NCBI RefSeq assembly: GCF_006345805.1
Contig: NC_042998.1
Span: 132,060,001 to 132,124,000, forward strand
Source of the DNA: Octopus sinensis
Taxonomy: Eukaryota
Direction of reading: 5' to 3'
DNA length: 64,000 nt
Below are positions 11,400 to 25,300 of the stretch, in pieces. The translations under genes were made by a program, and so were the position numbers. Under the pieces are notes generated by a model. The model saw only the letters and a list, made by a program, of their open reading frames with translations, did not search any database and was not told the DNA's origin. Each line of letters starts with the position of its first letter. Position 1 is the first letter of the stretch.

Positions 11400-12330
11400 A
11401 TTACACGGTCAGTTTCTACAATAAACCCTTCTATAACAGCAGCAAGCAATTTCTGTAACAATTTCTGGTTGAAGACTGCTATTTTTCCATTCATATTTCC
11501 TATTAATAAATATCCCAGGGAACCTTTCCCTTTTCTTGTCCGATTTTATTCTATATCCTATGTGTTGTGTCTTGCTGTATTCATACAACTAGCTGTACGC
11601 GCGCACACACACGCACATCATGATATATGCGTGTCTAGTTTTCTGTATATCCGACACTTACAATCTTGCTGGCGTCTGTCTATTTTTGTTTCAGCAAGGT
11701 TTATCTAATTGCTTGTTCTTGCGCAACTGTAATCAGGGGATTTTGTTCCCCTTCTTTAATCCTCCAGATTTCAGTCAAGCCAACTGTTCTTCTGCAGTTA
11801 TGTCTTCTGTTTGCCTGACAAACAGAATTTGTAACACTTTTTCTTTTCAAAGTTTTACATCATTATTTTCCTTTTTAGTTGGTTTTGTTATTGTTTATTG
11901 TAATCTTTTTTGCTGCTTCTGTGCAAACGCCATAAATCTTCCTGACAGCAAATATAAGACCCTCCACCCCACCCTCCTCACATTCCCTTTACATGCCTCT
12001 CCGGCTTTATAATTGTTAAGTGTACTGTGTCTTTTACATTGAGTAACCCTCTGTTTTCTTTATATTGCTATATGTACTCATTCTATTCATTCTGTTCCTT
12101 TGTCAATGTAACCCTATTGTGCATTGTTAAAAATACTTCTTGTATGTCTAACCATTCCAACCAATTCATTTTCTGGCCACTGCAAAAAGAAAATCTGCAG
12201 AATGTCTCAAAATAACGAATACCCACAGGTTGGCTCTTTTAATGATGTTCATTCTGTTAGTCTTATTTCTATGAGCTTTCCTGACATTCTTCTTATATTT
12301 GTCTCTATCGTTATTCTTTCGTTTCCATCA
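11400..12330 (-). mobile_element. Old, degraded R4/Dong-type LINE fragment
   Basis: Interrupted minus-strand translation gives NIIKRANLW, RGLLNVKDTV, LKSGGLK, KSLITVAQEQAIR, CKCRI and RHN, collinear with the element at 44768-48729. Many stops and frameshifts. Confidence 0.6.
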
Positions 12331-12357
12331 GCTCGTCGTCCAATTAAATATATATAA

Positions 12358-12608
12358 CCTTCGCCGGTGCCACGTAAATGCGCCTGTGCCGGTGTCACCT
12401 AAAAGGTTCTGTGCTGATGCCACGTAAAAGCACCTGTACACTCTGCACACTCAGCAAAGAGATTAGCGTTGGGAAAGGGGTCCAACCGTCGAAACCATGC
12501 CGAAACAGAAAATGGAGACCGAATCGTTCTCTAGACCGTCCAACCCATGCCTGCATGGAAAACGGACTTTAAGTGGTAGTGGTGGTGGTGGTGGTGGTGG
12601 TGGTGGTG
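12358..12608 (+). mobile_element. Interspersed SINE/RTE-like 3' fragment with a (GGT)n tail
   Basis: Contains tandem GGTGCCACGTAAA-type motifs and ends CCAACCCATGCCTGCATGGAAAACGGAC plus a triplet tail. Family assignment is from recall only. Confidence 0.45.
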
Positions 12609-13854
12609 ATCGTGATCATGATGATTCCTTTCGATGATCACATTGTCTTAATACTTGTGAAATGTGATTCACGAGATTTAATCATTTTCCCAAGGAATAT
12701 TCCAAATATTGTACACTTGTTAATACCAAATTACACCCTAATATCTCTTTAAAATTCTATCACACAACATCAAAGAATTTATCTTTCTCGATTTTCGACT
12801 AAAGTTTAAGGTGTTCTATGAACATTAGCCGGTTGATTCCTTCATTACATTTCACTCGGTGTTACCTTGGTTTGTTCTTTCATCATATATAACACAGCGC
12901 GGAGTAAAGCAATGATAAATACGAATGGGAATAAGGAATTGTCCTGGTTAATAATACTTGTTTAAATCCCAGTAAATCGCAACAACCTTTGACTTTATCT
13001 ATGCCATGATTGTGTATCTGCAATGTTGAGGAAGGTAAGACTGTCGTATCCTTACTGGAGAATGTTCATGGATGAAGGCTTGTTAGTAGATGTCTACATT
13101 GTATGTGGGTTCACTCACATGCAACGTAGACACATTGTAATTTAAAGAATAGTGGTTTTATGATGAACCGAATGGACTCTCATACACGTGAACTACTGCA
13201 TGACTGTATGCCGGTAAGGTATTATTTCTAGAGTAGAACGAACAGGCATGGGAGTCTCAATGTGATTACTTGACTTGCAACAAATAGCATCTAAGAGTCA
13301 CGTCATAGAGAGATCAGACCAGTGGGACAATAACAGCAGAAGAATCGGGACAATCATCGGATACAAGTCGATCATATTCCCGGCAGAACCGAGCAAGGAT
13401 ATCAGGAGAGCTCCAAGTATTAGTTCTCCCTGAAGATCTGGCACCACTAATTATTTATATTTTGAAGTTATGAGCAGGTGCAGATTATCGTCGAGAGTAC
13501 AAAACTTGAATGCTATATTTGCAGTAAAGCCTACCATTCGAGAACTTTCTGCCCACGAGTTGGCGGCGGGAGATGGGGGTGGAGACGAGAGCTGAACGTC
13601 ACATTTCATTGTGGCTACCAAGACCTCGACTGTTGTAATCGCAACAGTAGCAGTTACAACAATAATTTTTACTACACATGCAGGTTCATAAAAAAAGAGG
13701 CTGGGGACAAGTGGTAAGTCTCCAGAAGATGGAAGAGAATGGAGCGGTCGATAAAGCGGAAGATAGGTGGGATAAAGAAAAACTAAAATTTTGCTTACAT
13801 CAAGACCAAAAAGAGGAAGAAGATGAAAAAACGAAGCAAATGGTGTACAGAAGC

Positions 13855-14105
13855 TCACTTTACAACCATGTGGTTTCAGGTTCAGTCCCACTGCGCGGCA
13901 ACATGGGCAAGCATCTTTTACTATAGCCCCAAGCAGCTCAATGTCTTGTGAGTGAATTTGGTGGAAAGAAACAGTGTTATCCAGCGGTTCAGCAAAGAGG
14001 CTTTAAGGCAAAACGACTGATGATGTCGAATTGTTCTGCTGAAACCCTTCAAAGCGGTGCCCCAACATGACCGCAATCCAATGACCGAAACAAATAGAAT
14101 ATAAA
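13855..14105 (+). mobile_element. tRNA-derived SINE, internally deleted
   Basis: Head CCATGTGGTTTCAGGTTCAGTCCCACTGCG and tail GCGGTGCCCCAACATGACCGCAATCCAATGACCGAAAC match the other copies. Confidence 0.7.
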
Positions 14106-14506
14106 AGTAAAAAAAATTATTTCATCTTTTTTGGTACCTTTTTTTTTTTTGTACTCTTTCTTTATCGGGTATACGGGTATGGAATGCTGACATTTTGAAA
14201 CATGCTTTAACCAAGGGCCGAGATACGGATTCTTTCGACTTTTTTGTTTCACTCATAAAATAAAATTGGAAGTGGACTTGGCTAAAATGACATTTGGGAA
14301 GAACTGGTCGCTGACATCCAACCTTCCGCTTCCCTTATTAAATAATTACGGACCTCGAGATAATTAAGCAGCTAATACACATTGCCACTCTGTCGTATCG
14401 CGCGTTACACACACACACACACACACACACACCAACACACACACATGCACACACACTCAAGCAAACTCAAGCACACATGTGTATATATATATATATATAT
14501 AGAGAT

Positions 14507-14551
<45 letters not shown>

Positions 14552-14731
14552 GTATTTTTGTGCGATGCATATTCTGTTGTTTTGTTTTTCTTTTCTTTGA
14601 TTACTGTCTTCTTAAGTGTTTAATTTTCGGACTACGTACATGTGTGAATGTGTGAGTCTAAAGTGGCTTGAGTTTGGTGGGGAGTGATATACTTCTGCTT
14701 CTTTGTACATGTGTGTGTGTGCGTACATATG

Positions 14732-14762
<31 letters not shown>

Positions 14763-15994
14763 TGAGTGTTTGTTGACTTGCACGTGCGCGCGTGTGTATG
14801 TATAAGGGGCGTGAGTGTGTGACGTGTAAATGAGTGAATATTTGAGTTTGTACGTACATGTGTATGTGTGTGTGTGTGTGTGTGTGGTGTGTGTGTGTGT
14901 GTTTGTATGTGTGTGTGTATAGGTGTGTATGTGTGTATACATGCGCACGTGCACGCGCGTGTACGTATGTGTACTGTATAGAGAGGGTGAATTTCTTTTG
15001 GTTATTGGTCGGAGATAAATTTCTTCACTTAACTGCTGCTGCTGCCATTACTACTACTACTACTACTACTTTTTCTAAGCCTACCTTGATATTCTCTTTC
15101 TCGTCATCATCACTATAATCATCACCATCATCATTACCATAACAAATAATGCCACCTCCACCATCATCATAATCGTCGTCGCCATTTCCACTTCAGGATC
15201 TGCTATCATCATTGTGAGCGATCATGAACATCATGAACATCCGCCATCACCGCCACCACACCACCACCACCACCACAACCACCACCACCACCACCACAAC
15301 CACCACCACCACCACCACAACCACCACCACCCCACCACAACCACCACCACTACCACCACGACCGTTTTTCCCGCCCCGCTAGCAATATCGCCGCCACTAG
15401 CCGCATCGCTTTATCATGGCTGTTGTGTTGCTAATGCGGTTGCTAACGGAAACACATATGTTCGTCTGTGTATACATGCTAACTGCGCATGTGAAAATGG
15501 CACGAACTTGTGCACCGCATGCAGAAATGCTGAAAGGCAAACGTGTGGGCGGCGCAGCACCAACTTTATTATCATTGCAAATGTTACAGAGAAATAAGAA
15601 ACGTGGCCTCAGTCGTTGGAGCCGTTTCGGATTTTGTTGCTGTTCATTGTGTTGGTGGTGGTGGTGGTGGTGGTGGTGGTGGTAGTGGTTGTGGTGGTGG
15701 AGTTGTTGCTGTTGATGTTGTTGTTGTTGTTGTTGTTGTTGGTGTGGTGGTGGTGGTGGTGGTGGTGGTGGTGGTGGACAGAGCTGTAGCGGCTTGATGG
15801 AGATGGAAATGATGATGATGGTGATGAAGTCGATAAGAGTTATAAGAGTCGATGGTGGATGTGATAAGTGATAGCGGAATTGAATTTATCTTATTATTTT
15901 TGTTTGTTTTGTCCCTGCAACTGGGATTTTTTATGCTGTTGTTGCTGTTGTTTATCGTTGTTCTTGTTATTGTTGCAACTGTTGCAACTGTTAA

Positions 15995-16732
15995 TTATCG
16001 TAAGCACGTCGGACAAATTGCTTAACGGCATTTCTTCCGACTCTTTACGCTCTGAGTTGAAATACCACCGAGGTCGACTTAGCCTTTCATCCTTTCGAAA
16101 TCGATAAAATAAATACTAGTTGACTACTCGGGCCGATGTAATCGACTAGCTACATGCCCCTAAACTTCAGGCCTTCTACCTATAGCAGAAAGAATTACTA
16201 TTATTTAATTCTCTGCAGCGAGCTGCTAACGACTTCTCTGAGGTGGCGAGCTGACAGAATTGTTAGCACGCCGGATAAAATGCTTAGCGGCATTTCGAAC
16301 GTCTCTACGTCCTGTGTTCAAATTTCCCACAAGGTCAACTTTGCCTTTTATCCATCGGGGTCGATAAAATAAGCACCAATTAAGCACTGGGTTCGATGTA
16401 ATCGATTTGCCCCACCTCACGAAATTGCTGACCTTGTGCCAAAATTTGAAATCAATTTGAAATTGTTATTGTTAAGGCGAAGAGATGGTAGAATCGGACA
16501 AAGTGCTTGGCGGCATTTCTTCCGATTCCTTACGATTTGAGTTCAAAATTTCGCCGGTGTCAATTTTGTTTTTCATTGTTTGGGGGTCAGTAAATTAAAG
16601 TACCTGTCAAGTACTGAAGTCGATGTTGTCAGCCATCGATGTTGTCTCCCGGCAAAGTGGAGACCTTGTAACAAAATTTGAAACCATGTCTCTTGTTCAT
16701 GCCGTTGGCGACACTAACGTCATCGATGTTGA

Positions 16733-16764
<32 letters not shown>

Positions 16765-18090
16765 TTGTTGTTGTTGTTGTTGTTACGGCGGTGAGCTGAC
16801 CGAATCGTTTGAGCATTGGACAATATCCGTTCCGATACTTTTGCTCCGGTTCTATGCGTTCTGAGTTTAAATTACACCGAGTTTAACTTTGCGGTTCATG
16901 TACTGCAGTCGATAAAATTAAACTATCGGTTAAGTATTGGGATCAATAAAATCGATTACCTCTTCCTCTCGAAATTGTTGATCTTGAACCAAACTCAGAA
17001 ACTATTAAAGGCGACGAGTTGGAAGAGTCGTTGGAGCGACGAAAAAATAAGATGCTTTCTGACATTTCTTCCGACTCTTTAAATTCTGAGTTCAAATCGT
17101 GCCCGGGTCAATTTTTTCATCATTTTGAAGTTGATAAAATAATTTAACAGTAATCGATTTTGTCGACTGACCTCTTCACTTAAATTTACAGGTCTCGTGC
17201 CTAAATCTAAATCTAAAGCCATTACTTAAAAGTGGTCAGCTGGCAGAATAGTTGAGTGAGTCGAACACCAAAATGGCTCCAGCTCTATGCATTCCAAACG
17301 AAGGTGCGTGGCTCATTGGTTTGGGTATTCGGCTCGCAAATCAATGGATTTAATGTTTTGGGTATTCGGCTCACAAGCGTGAGGTCTTGGGTTCGAATCC
17401 CCACGGTGCGTTATGTGTTTAAGCAGGACCCTTTATCTGTCTTTACATTCTGAGTCGAAATCCCCCCGAAGATGACATTACCTGTCATCGTTCGGGGTCG
17501 ATAAATTAAGAACCAGTGACTGGGGTCGATGTAAACGACTAGCTCTCTCTCTCCACAAATTACAGGCCTTGTGCCTTTTCTACAAAGGATTATTACTGTG
17601 TAGACACTGTAGAAGGATCCATTGTCTAAATGTAGCTTAGGTATCATCAATGGATTTAATGTTACAAAACGCAATCCGAGGCGGCAAGCTAGCGGAAACG
17701 TTAGCACGCCGGACAAATACATTTGCGTCCGTCTTTACGTTCTGAGTTCAAATTCCGCCGAAGTCAACTTTACCGTTCTTCCTTTCGGAGGTCAATGAAA
17801 TAAGTATCAGTTAAACACTGGGATCGATCTAATCGACTGCCCCGCCACCCCCTCTACCCAAAAATTTCGGGCCTTGCACCTAGAATAGAAAAGAATTGTT
17901 AGCACGCCGGACAAAATGCTTAGCGGCATTTGCGTCCGTCTTTACGTTCGGAGTTCAAATTCCGCCGATGTCGGCTTTGCCTTTCATCCTTTCGTTATCC
18001 ATAAAATAAGTACCAGTTGAATACTGGGGTTGATGTAATCGATTTGCTTCTCCCCTCAAATTGCTGGCCTTGTGCCTATAGTAGAAAGGA
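15995..18090 (+). mobile_element. Cluster of ~8 co-oriented tRNA-derived SINEs (central domain GTCGACTTTGCCTTTCATCCTT..GGGGTCGATAAA)
   Basis: Diverged copies start at approx 16005, 16243, 16482, 16787, 17017, 17440, 17680 and 17898. They have a B-box-like TTCTGAGTTCAAAT. The central domain resembles the Meta-SINE domain (recalled, unverified). Confidence 0.8.
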
Positions 18091-18250
18091 TTATTAACCA
18101 TCAACACCACCTCCACCTCTTCCACCACAACCTCTATTGTAGTACCATTAATGAATACCTGTGTAGACTCACCACGGTTGTTCGATCTGCTAGAAATGGC
18201 AACCAAATCATCCTCAAAACACACCTAGCGATCTTTAAGAAAATATAACA

Positions 18251-18550
18251 AACTAGCAGTATCGCCCGGCGTTGCTCGGGTTTGTAAGGGAAATAACTAT
18301 ATAAGCATTTTTAGAGAGTTACTAAGCCGAGCAAAAAGTGCATTAAAAATGCGGAAAAATGATGGTAATTTTTTTTTAATCGTAGACTCATCGTAGACGC
18401 GCGCTAATACCCAGAAGGGCTCGATATGAATCACGACTATAAGATACCCGCTTTTGGTTAAACTGCACCGCAAAATGTGGGAGTAGTTAGGAATCTAAAT
18501 CGGAGTAGACAGACACTCACACACACAACTTCAGTTTTATATATAAAGAT
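18251..18550 (+). mobile_element. Non-autonomous Helitron/Helentron-like element
   Basis: Starts AACTAG with a subterminal hairpin CCCG-GCGTTGCT-CGGG and ends AGACAGAC..TTTTATATATAAAGAT, as in DINE-1/Lep1-type elements. Confidence 0.55.
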
Positions 18551-18689
18551 TGGATAATGAAGTCCGAGGTATACTATGCCATTTAAACAGGTGGAATATT
18601 CACAACTGTTTTGTTTTTTATCATTGATTTCAATTAGGGCTGAGCTTGGGTTAAGTAACTGCAATAACCGACACCACATGCGCACATCG

Positions 18690-20400
18690 CCACCGTGCAG
18701 TCATCAGCAGCAGCACCGCTACCGCCACCACTCCCGTCACAACCACTATCACCACCATCGCCATCAACTACCACTACCGCCGCTGCCATCACAGCACCGT
18801 CGCCACCACCACCACCACCTCCATCGCCATCACCACCACCACCATCATCAACATTACTATCACCACCGCCGCCACCTACATCACCACCACCGTCGCCATC
18901 ACCATCACTATCACTACTATCATCACCAGCACTAGCACCACCACCACCACCATACCATCCTCACGCCATCACCACCACCATCATCATCACCATTACTATC
19001 ACCACCGCCGCCACCTACATCACCACCACCGTCGCCATCACCATCACTATCACTACTATCATCACCAGCACTAGCACCACCACCACCACCATACCACCTC
19101 CATCGCCATCACCACCACCATCATCATCACCATTACTATCACCACCGCCGCCACCTACATCACCGCCACCGTCGCCATCACCATCACTACACCACTATCA
19201 TCTCCATCACTAGCACCACCACCACCACCACCACCACTGCCATTACCATCACTACCACCTCCATTACCCTGACCTCCATCACCACCGCTGCCACACTCCC
19301 CACCTCAACTCTCACCATCATTACTACCAACTTCCCCGCACTGCCTCCATTACCAAGAACGCAATGTCATAAAATACCACTCTCGCACTACAACCACTAC
19401 TCTGCAATCGGCACCACCTTTATCTTCACTTTAATATTTATCATGATCATTATTACCATCATCATCATCATCTTCATCGACATCATCGTCAACATAATCA
19501 TCATCATCATCATCACCATCATCATCATCATCTACACTCCAAAGCGATACTACTTTCCCCGTCCTGTAATCGGCACCACCACCACACTCCATGTCATCAC
19601 CACTGTTGTGACGTCTATATAACACACCATCACAACCATCACCACCACAATTGCCACCACCACAACAACCACAGACATCACCACCGCCAAAGCCACAACC
19701 ACCACCACCACCACCGCCGCCGCCACCGCCACAACCACTACCATCATCACCATTACCACCACCACCGCCAAACCACCACAACACCACCATCACCACTACC
19801 ACCATCACCACTACCACCAACACCACTACCACCATCACCACTACCACCATCACCACTACCACCATCACCACCATCACCACTACCACCATCACCACTACCA
19901 CCAACACCACTACCACCATCACCACCATCACCACTACCACCATCACCACTACCACCATCATCCACTACCACCAACACCACCATCCACCATCAACCACCAT
20001 CACCACTACCACATCACCACTACCACCAACACCACTATCACCATCACCAGTACCACCATCACCACTACCACCATCACCACTACCACCATCACCACCATCA
20101 CCACTACCACCATCACCACTACCACCATCACCACTACCCCCATCACCAGTACCACCATCACCACTACCACCATCACCACCACCACTACCACTACCGCCAC
20201 AACAACAACCACAACTACCATCACCACCACAATCACCACCGACGCCACCACCACCACTACAATACAATACAATACAATACACTAAACTTCTACACCACCA
20301 ACCTCACACTATCACTGTCGCCACACTATTACAACCAACGCCACAGCCACCACCACCACCACCACACCAACAACAACAACAACAACAACAACAACCACAA
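18690..20400. repeat. Long imperfect (CAC/CAT/CAA)n triplet tract with internal higher-order duplications
   Basis: Directly visible. It generates the poly-Pro/His/Thr/Gly ORFs. Confidence 0.95.
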
Positions 20401-20916
20401 TAACAATAGTGCCACCATCACTGCTATCACCTTGTGCATTATTGCAGCACACGTCATTATGTTATTAACGTTATTATTGCTATTCTATCAATAATGCTGA
20501 TTCTGCTGCATTTCTCATCTAGTTCTGTTGTTGTGGTTTTTGTTGTGGCTGTTGTTGTAGTTGTTGTTGATGTTGTTGTTGTCGCTGTCGTCGTCGTCAA
20601 ATGAAAATGAATATTAATCACGTCATTCACAAAAGGAAGAAAAAAAGGACATTGTGTGCACGACAAATGCACGTACGTACACACATGCATACACCCATGC
20701 ACGCAGCACATACACACACACACACACACATACGCTCACATACACATGCACAAACGCGTATACGCACACGTACATACGTAAATGCAGACACGCACTCATT
20801 ATTCAGTTCTATCTATCCTACTTTCTATACATTTAGCAGTGCACATCCTTTCCCAATCACACGTGTATATACACACCCCCACAGCTTCCCCTCAACGTAA
20901 GCCATATACATGTACA

Positions 20917-20969
<53 letters not shown>

Positions 20970-21321
20970 ATGTATGTATATATGTGTATGTATATATATA
21001 TATATGTATATATGTGTATGTATATATATATTATATTAGGTATATATGTGTATGTATATATATATATTATATATATGTATATTATATATGATATATAATA
21101 TATATATATAATATATTATATCTATATATATATATATATAATAAATATATATATATATATATATATACATATGTATATCATACGCGACTACACACACGTA
21201 CCTTTACACACATTAACATACTGTACATAAAGACTAACGTTGCACGCAAGCCAGATCAATATACAAAAGATCAACATCTTGAAACACGCGCAGACAATAA
21301 ATAATACGCATGTGTGTATGC

Positions 21322-21353
<32 letters not shown>

Positions 21354-21492
21354 TATATATATATATTATATCCATGCATATATGTATATATATACAATAT
21401 ATATATATGTATGTATATATATGTATCTATATATGTGTAAATATATATATAATATATATGTATCTATATATATGCATCTGTATGTATGCATG

Positions 21493-21526
<34 letters not shown>

Positions 21527-23044
21527 TGTATGTATGTATGTGTATATATACACATACACACACATATATATTTATACAGATATATGTCGATGGATCAGAC
21601 TCGCTGACAAGTACGCCTGACTAACGTTGACAGGATGGAACCATTACATGTGAAGAAATATTCCGATTTATCAAAGCATAATTATGTATATTATGGTACA
21701 GGTACCTATATATGTATATACGTATATACATATATGCTTATATACATACGTCCATACATGGAACGAGGGCGTATTCATACCTTTAAAAATAAAGAATACT
21801 GATGAAACATTCCAATAAAAGCAGCAGCCTGGTGTAAGCACAAGAGAACAGATATTGGTATTAGGGACAAGGAGGAAAATCATGCACAGCTGTAGGGATC
21901 AGCTATCCGGTGAATGTTAATGTCTCGTCAAAAACTGGAGAAAAGGAGAACTTCAAAGGAGAAGGAATGAGAAACCCACAGCACTTATATCCAGGCAATA
22001 GATTTTGTTTTTACTTATCATCACAGGTGAATTGAGCTACGTAACAACAGATTTGCATACGAACTGGGAAATTCAGGGTTTCTTCGAATAATAGCAGAGC
22101 AAACAGTTTCGCATTCTCCAATTGCAATCGATTAGAGGTACGGTAAAAATTTGTAAAGCATTTCGAGGATTCGCCTTTTGAGGTACCAGGAATGAACACA
22201 CGCACACGACTACAAATACATATGGCATACGTATACAGATACACATAGAGAAAAAAAAAAGACAGAAGTGAAGCATAAACACTTGTGCACTAAAGTGACA
22301 TGCACACCCACAGCACGAGTACTAATTTATCCACATGCACAAACACACATATGCATGCACCTACCAATTCAAATAAGCACAAATCCCAAGGGCTATCTTG
22401 ATTTTAAAAACAGCCTTACCACTTTGTCAGTGAACGGTTTGAATTCTCAGAAGGATAAATATGTTACATAAATCCCAGAGAAAAACATTCAAGTATGAAC
22501 GTCTGTATTCAAGTATTTACATAAAGACACACACGCGCGCACACACAGATTTGTGTATGTATGTATGTATGTATGTATGTATGTATGTATGTATGTATGT
22601 ATGTATGTATGTATGTATGTACGCATGTGTGTATTGACAGTTTACATATTCCCTGAAATATTACCTAACCAGTGTTTTAAATCTTGATTCTTCAAGCTGA
22701 CGATGGGTGACATAATAGTAGCTTATACATTCAGAAGTGACTTCCATATATAAGTGGTTATCTTGGGAAATAACAAGTTGCAACACCACTGGTTTAAAAC
22801 AGATATACATCAAGTATTCAGTCACACCTTCCTTTTCTATGTGGTTATTTGTCGTTTTCTTTTACCTTTTTACTAAGTGTGTCTGCATTTCAAAACTCGG
22901 TTGTACCTGACTCCAGCTGACTAGTCCCAATTAGGGTTTTAAGACAACGCTTTTCTTTTCCTATAAACCAGGATTTATAGAGTTACTTGGTATCTTATTA
23001 CCTACATTGACAACTGATCACAATTAATTATTATTACATTATAC

Positions 23045-23480
23045 AGAAAGGCGGCGAGCTGACAGGATTGTGAGCACGCCGAACAAGATTCTTAGCACCA
23101 TTTCGTCCGTCTTTACGTTCTGAGTTCAAATTCCGCCAGGGGTTGTCTTTGCTTTTGCCTTTCGTCCTTTGAGGGTTGATAAAATAAGTAGCAATTAAGT
23201 ACTAGGGTCGAAGCAGTCACTTACCCCCTTCTCCGAAGTTGATGACCTTTTTCCCAAAATTTGAAATCATTATATTATATACTTAAGGTGACGAGCTGGC
23301 AAAACCGTTAGCACGCCGGACAACATGCTTAGCGGCATTTCGTACGTCTTTAAGTTCTGAGTTCGAATGCCTTTTATCCTTACGAAGTTGTAGTCAAGTA
23401 CAAGACTCGATGTAATCGAGCCACCCTCACCTGTCCCATTCACCTTAAAAGCTGCTTGCAGGTCCCACAATTTGAAGCCA
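23045..23480 (+). mobile_element. Two tandem SINE copies (same family as the 15995-18090 cluster)
   Basis: Heads GGCGGCGAGCTGACAGG (~23050) and GGTGACGAGCTGGCAAAACCG (~23287). Confidence 0.75.
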
Positions 23481-23744
23481 TTATTATATTATATAGCCTC
23501 TCGTTTTCCCACCCACTTCACTCCATCATCTCTGATACTCCATTTTCTCTGTTTCTAATTTCATATAACTTAATCAATTTATAAATATATATATTTTTCG
23601 TTTATTTGCACGAGTACGCCGCGTGTTTATATTGTATGGTGATATTTTAAGGTAGTTTTTGGACATTGGCGTCTTTCAAAAGAGTATAGGCGACTAGTAC
23701 ACTCACTTGCTTGCCCTTGATATATATATATATATATAGTTAAT

Positions 23745-23925
23745 CCAAACAAGAAAACACAGAAAAAAAGAGAAAAAAAAACACAGCAACGCAGGACGTG
23801 GAACAATTAAAGTATTATTGACGCTCAGGAAAGAAGGGAAGGAGGGTTTAACGTTTCGAGCGGAGCTCTTTGTCGGAAACAAGGAGAAGGAAAGATCCCA
23901 AGAAGGGAAGACAGAGGAAAAAATA
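23745..23925 (-). mobile_element. PLE pseudo-LTR fragment, family A, with a decayed hammerhead core (CCGACAA)
   Basis: Aligns to 2413-2590 and abuts (TA)n. Confidence 0.6.
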
Positions 23926-24415
23926 TTTGAGCTGGTGGTGCTCAAGAGATCACATATATATATTGATTAATTTAAATTTAACCTTAACCGGTTGATTGCA
24001 TGCTAACTACCTGATAAAATCTAATGTAGCTTTTATACTTAATTTTATAATTTCATATAAATTTTTCTGGTTATTCTAAAGGCATAATCATTGTAGTATG
24101 TAACTGTGTATAACTGCAGCCTGACAGAGTGTTACCCATTGCACTAACCAGACTTTTTTAAAAAACTAGGTACTGGGTTTGATTCATTCGACTAAAATTT
24201 CTTTAAGGCTTATAAACACCTTCCACGCTGCAATTGTTTTTGTTTAAGCACACGATCTCAGATCAGGTCACTTGCTATGCAAGTATATATATATATATAA
24301 TTATATATACGGATGGAACAAAACAGTTTGATTTAGCGTGATGCTAGTCTTCAGTCATTTTGAATTTGAATGAAAGAAGTTGATTGTTTTACCGTGATGT
24401 GGGCTGCGTATATAT

Positions 24416-24475
<60 letters not shown>

Positions 24476-24554
24476 ATATATATAATTATATATATAATAT
24501 ATATTATATATATGTATGTATATAGAATTTTATTTTGTTTTCTTTTACGAGTTT

Positions 24555-24945
24555 CATTCATTTAACTGCGGCCATGCTTGAGTACCGTTTTGAAGGGTTT
24601 TAGTTGAATGAATCAACCCCAGTACTTAGTTGCTTTTTTTAAAAGCCTAGTACTTATTCTATCGTTCCCTTTTGCTGAATCACTAAGTTACAGGGCCGTA
24701 AACACACCAACATCGGTTGTCAAGCGACGGTGGAGGGACAAACACAGACACACACACATAAATATATCATACTACTATTGTGTGGTGTGTGTGTGTGTGT
24801 ATACGACGGGCTTCTTTCAGTTTCCATCGACGAAATCCACTCACAAAGCTTTAGTCGATAAGAGGCAATAGTAGAAGACATTGAACCCAGAACCATGTGG
24901 TCGGAAAGCAAGCTTCTTACCACACAGCCACACTTGCGCCTATAC
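24555..24945 (-). mobile_element. tRNA-derived SINE
   Basis: Reverse complement of the 54405-54790 family, with an internal (CA)n/(GT)n tract. Confidence 0.8.
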
Positions 24946-25264
24946 GCATATAAGTATATCTATGTGCTCACACATATTCAACGTAAATTTCCATTGTTCC
25001 CACATTACAAAGAGAAAACAAAACAAATGAAGCATGAAGGCACAGACATATATATTCGCCATGATACAAAATAAGAAAATGGAGAAATACATCTAAATCA
25101 AATATCGATTACCAGATAATACCCAATCACATACTTTTTTAAACCACCACATAAGAAACTGTAAGGACAAACATAATAAAGTAGAACAAAGTAGTGTACA
25201 TAAAGGAGTGTACACAAAGATGATACATATTCTTTATTTTCTCTCCTTGTCTCTTTCCGTGTTC

Positions 25265-25300
25265 CTTTCTGTGGAAGAGCATAGGCTCGAAACGTTAAAG
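25265..25300 (+). ncRNA. Hammerhead-like motif, U6 variant (family B pLTR)
   Basis: CTTT CTGTGGA A GAGC-ATAG-GCTC GAA ACGT T AAAG. Confidence 0.5.

Noticed and set aside
13240-13891. Unique-looking region with ORFs 13451-13891 (-) and 13478-13717 (+) and a GTAAGT donor-like site
   Set aside because: No recognisable domain, conflicting strands, and the long ORF runs into a SINE.
17300-17410. tRNA-like sequence with A/B boxes (also at 25846, 51275 and 54406)
   Set aside because: No complete cloverleaf or acceptor stem, and each continues into SINE body sequence.
15995-18090. Regularly recurring motifs suggesting a CRISPR-like array
   Set aside because: The units are long, diverged SINE bodies with irregular spacing in a eukaryotic context, with no cas genes.
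18576-20403. Long Pro/His/Thr/Gly/Val-rich ORFs (up to 250 aa) resembling extensins, mucins or glycine-rich proteins
   Set aside because: They are open in several frames on both strands because the (CAC/CAT)n repeat lacks stop codons. There is no non-repetitive domain or splice evidence.
20880-21620. [12 protein letters not shown]-type ORFs here and at 27245, 38650-39350, 61380-61830 and 63470-63760
   Set aside because: These are translations of (TA)n, (TG)n and (TATG)n microsatellites.
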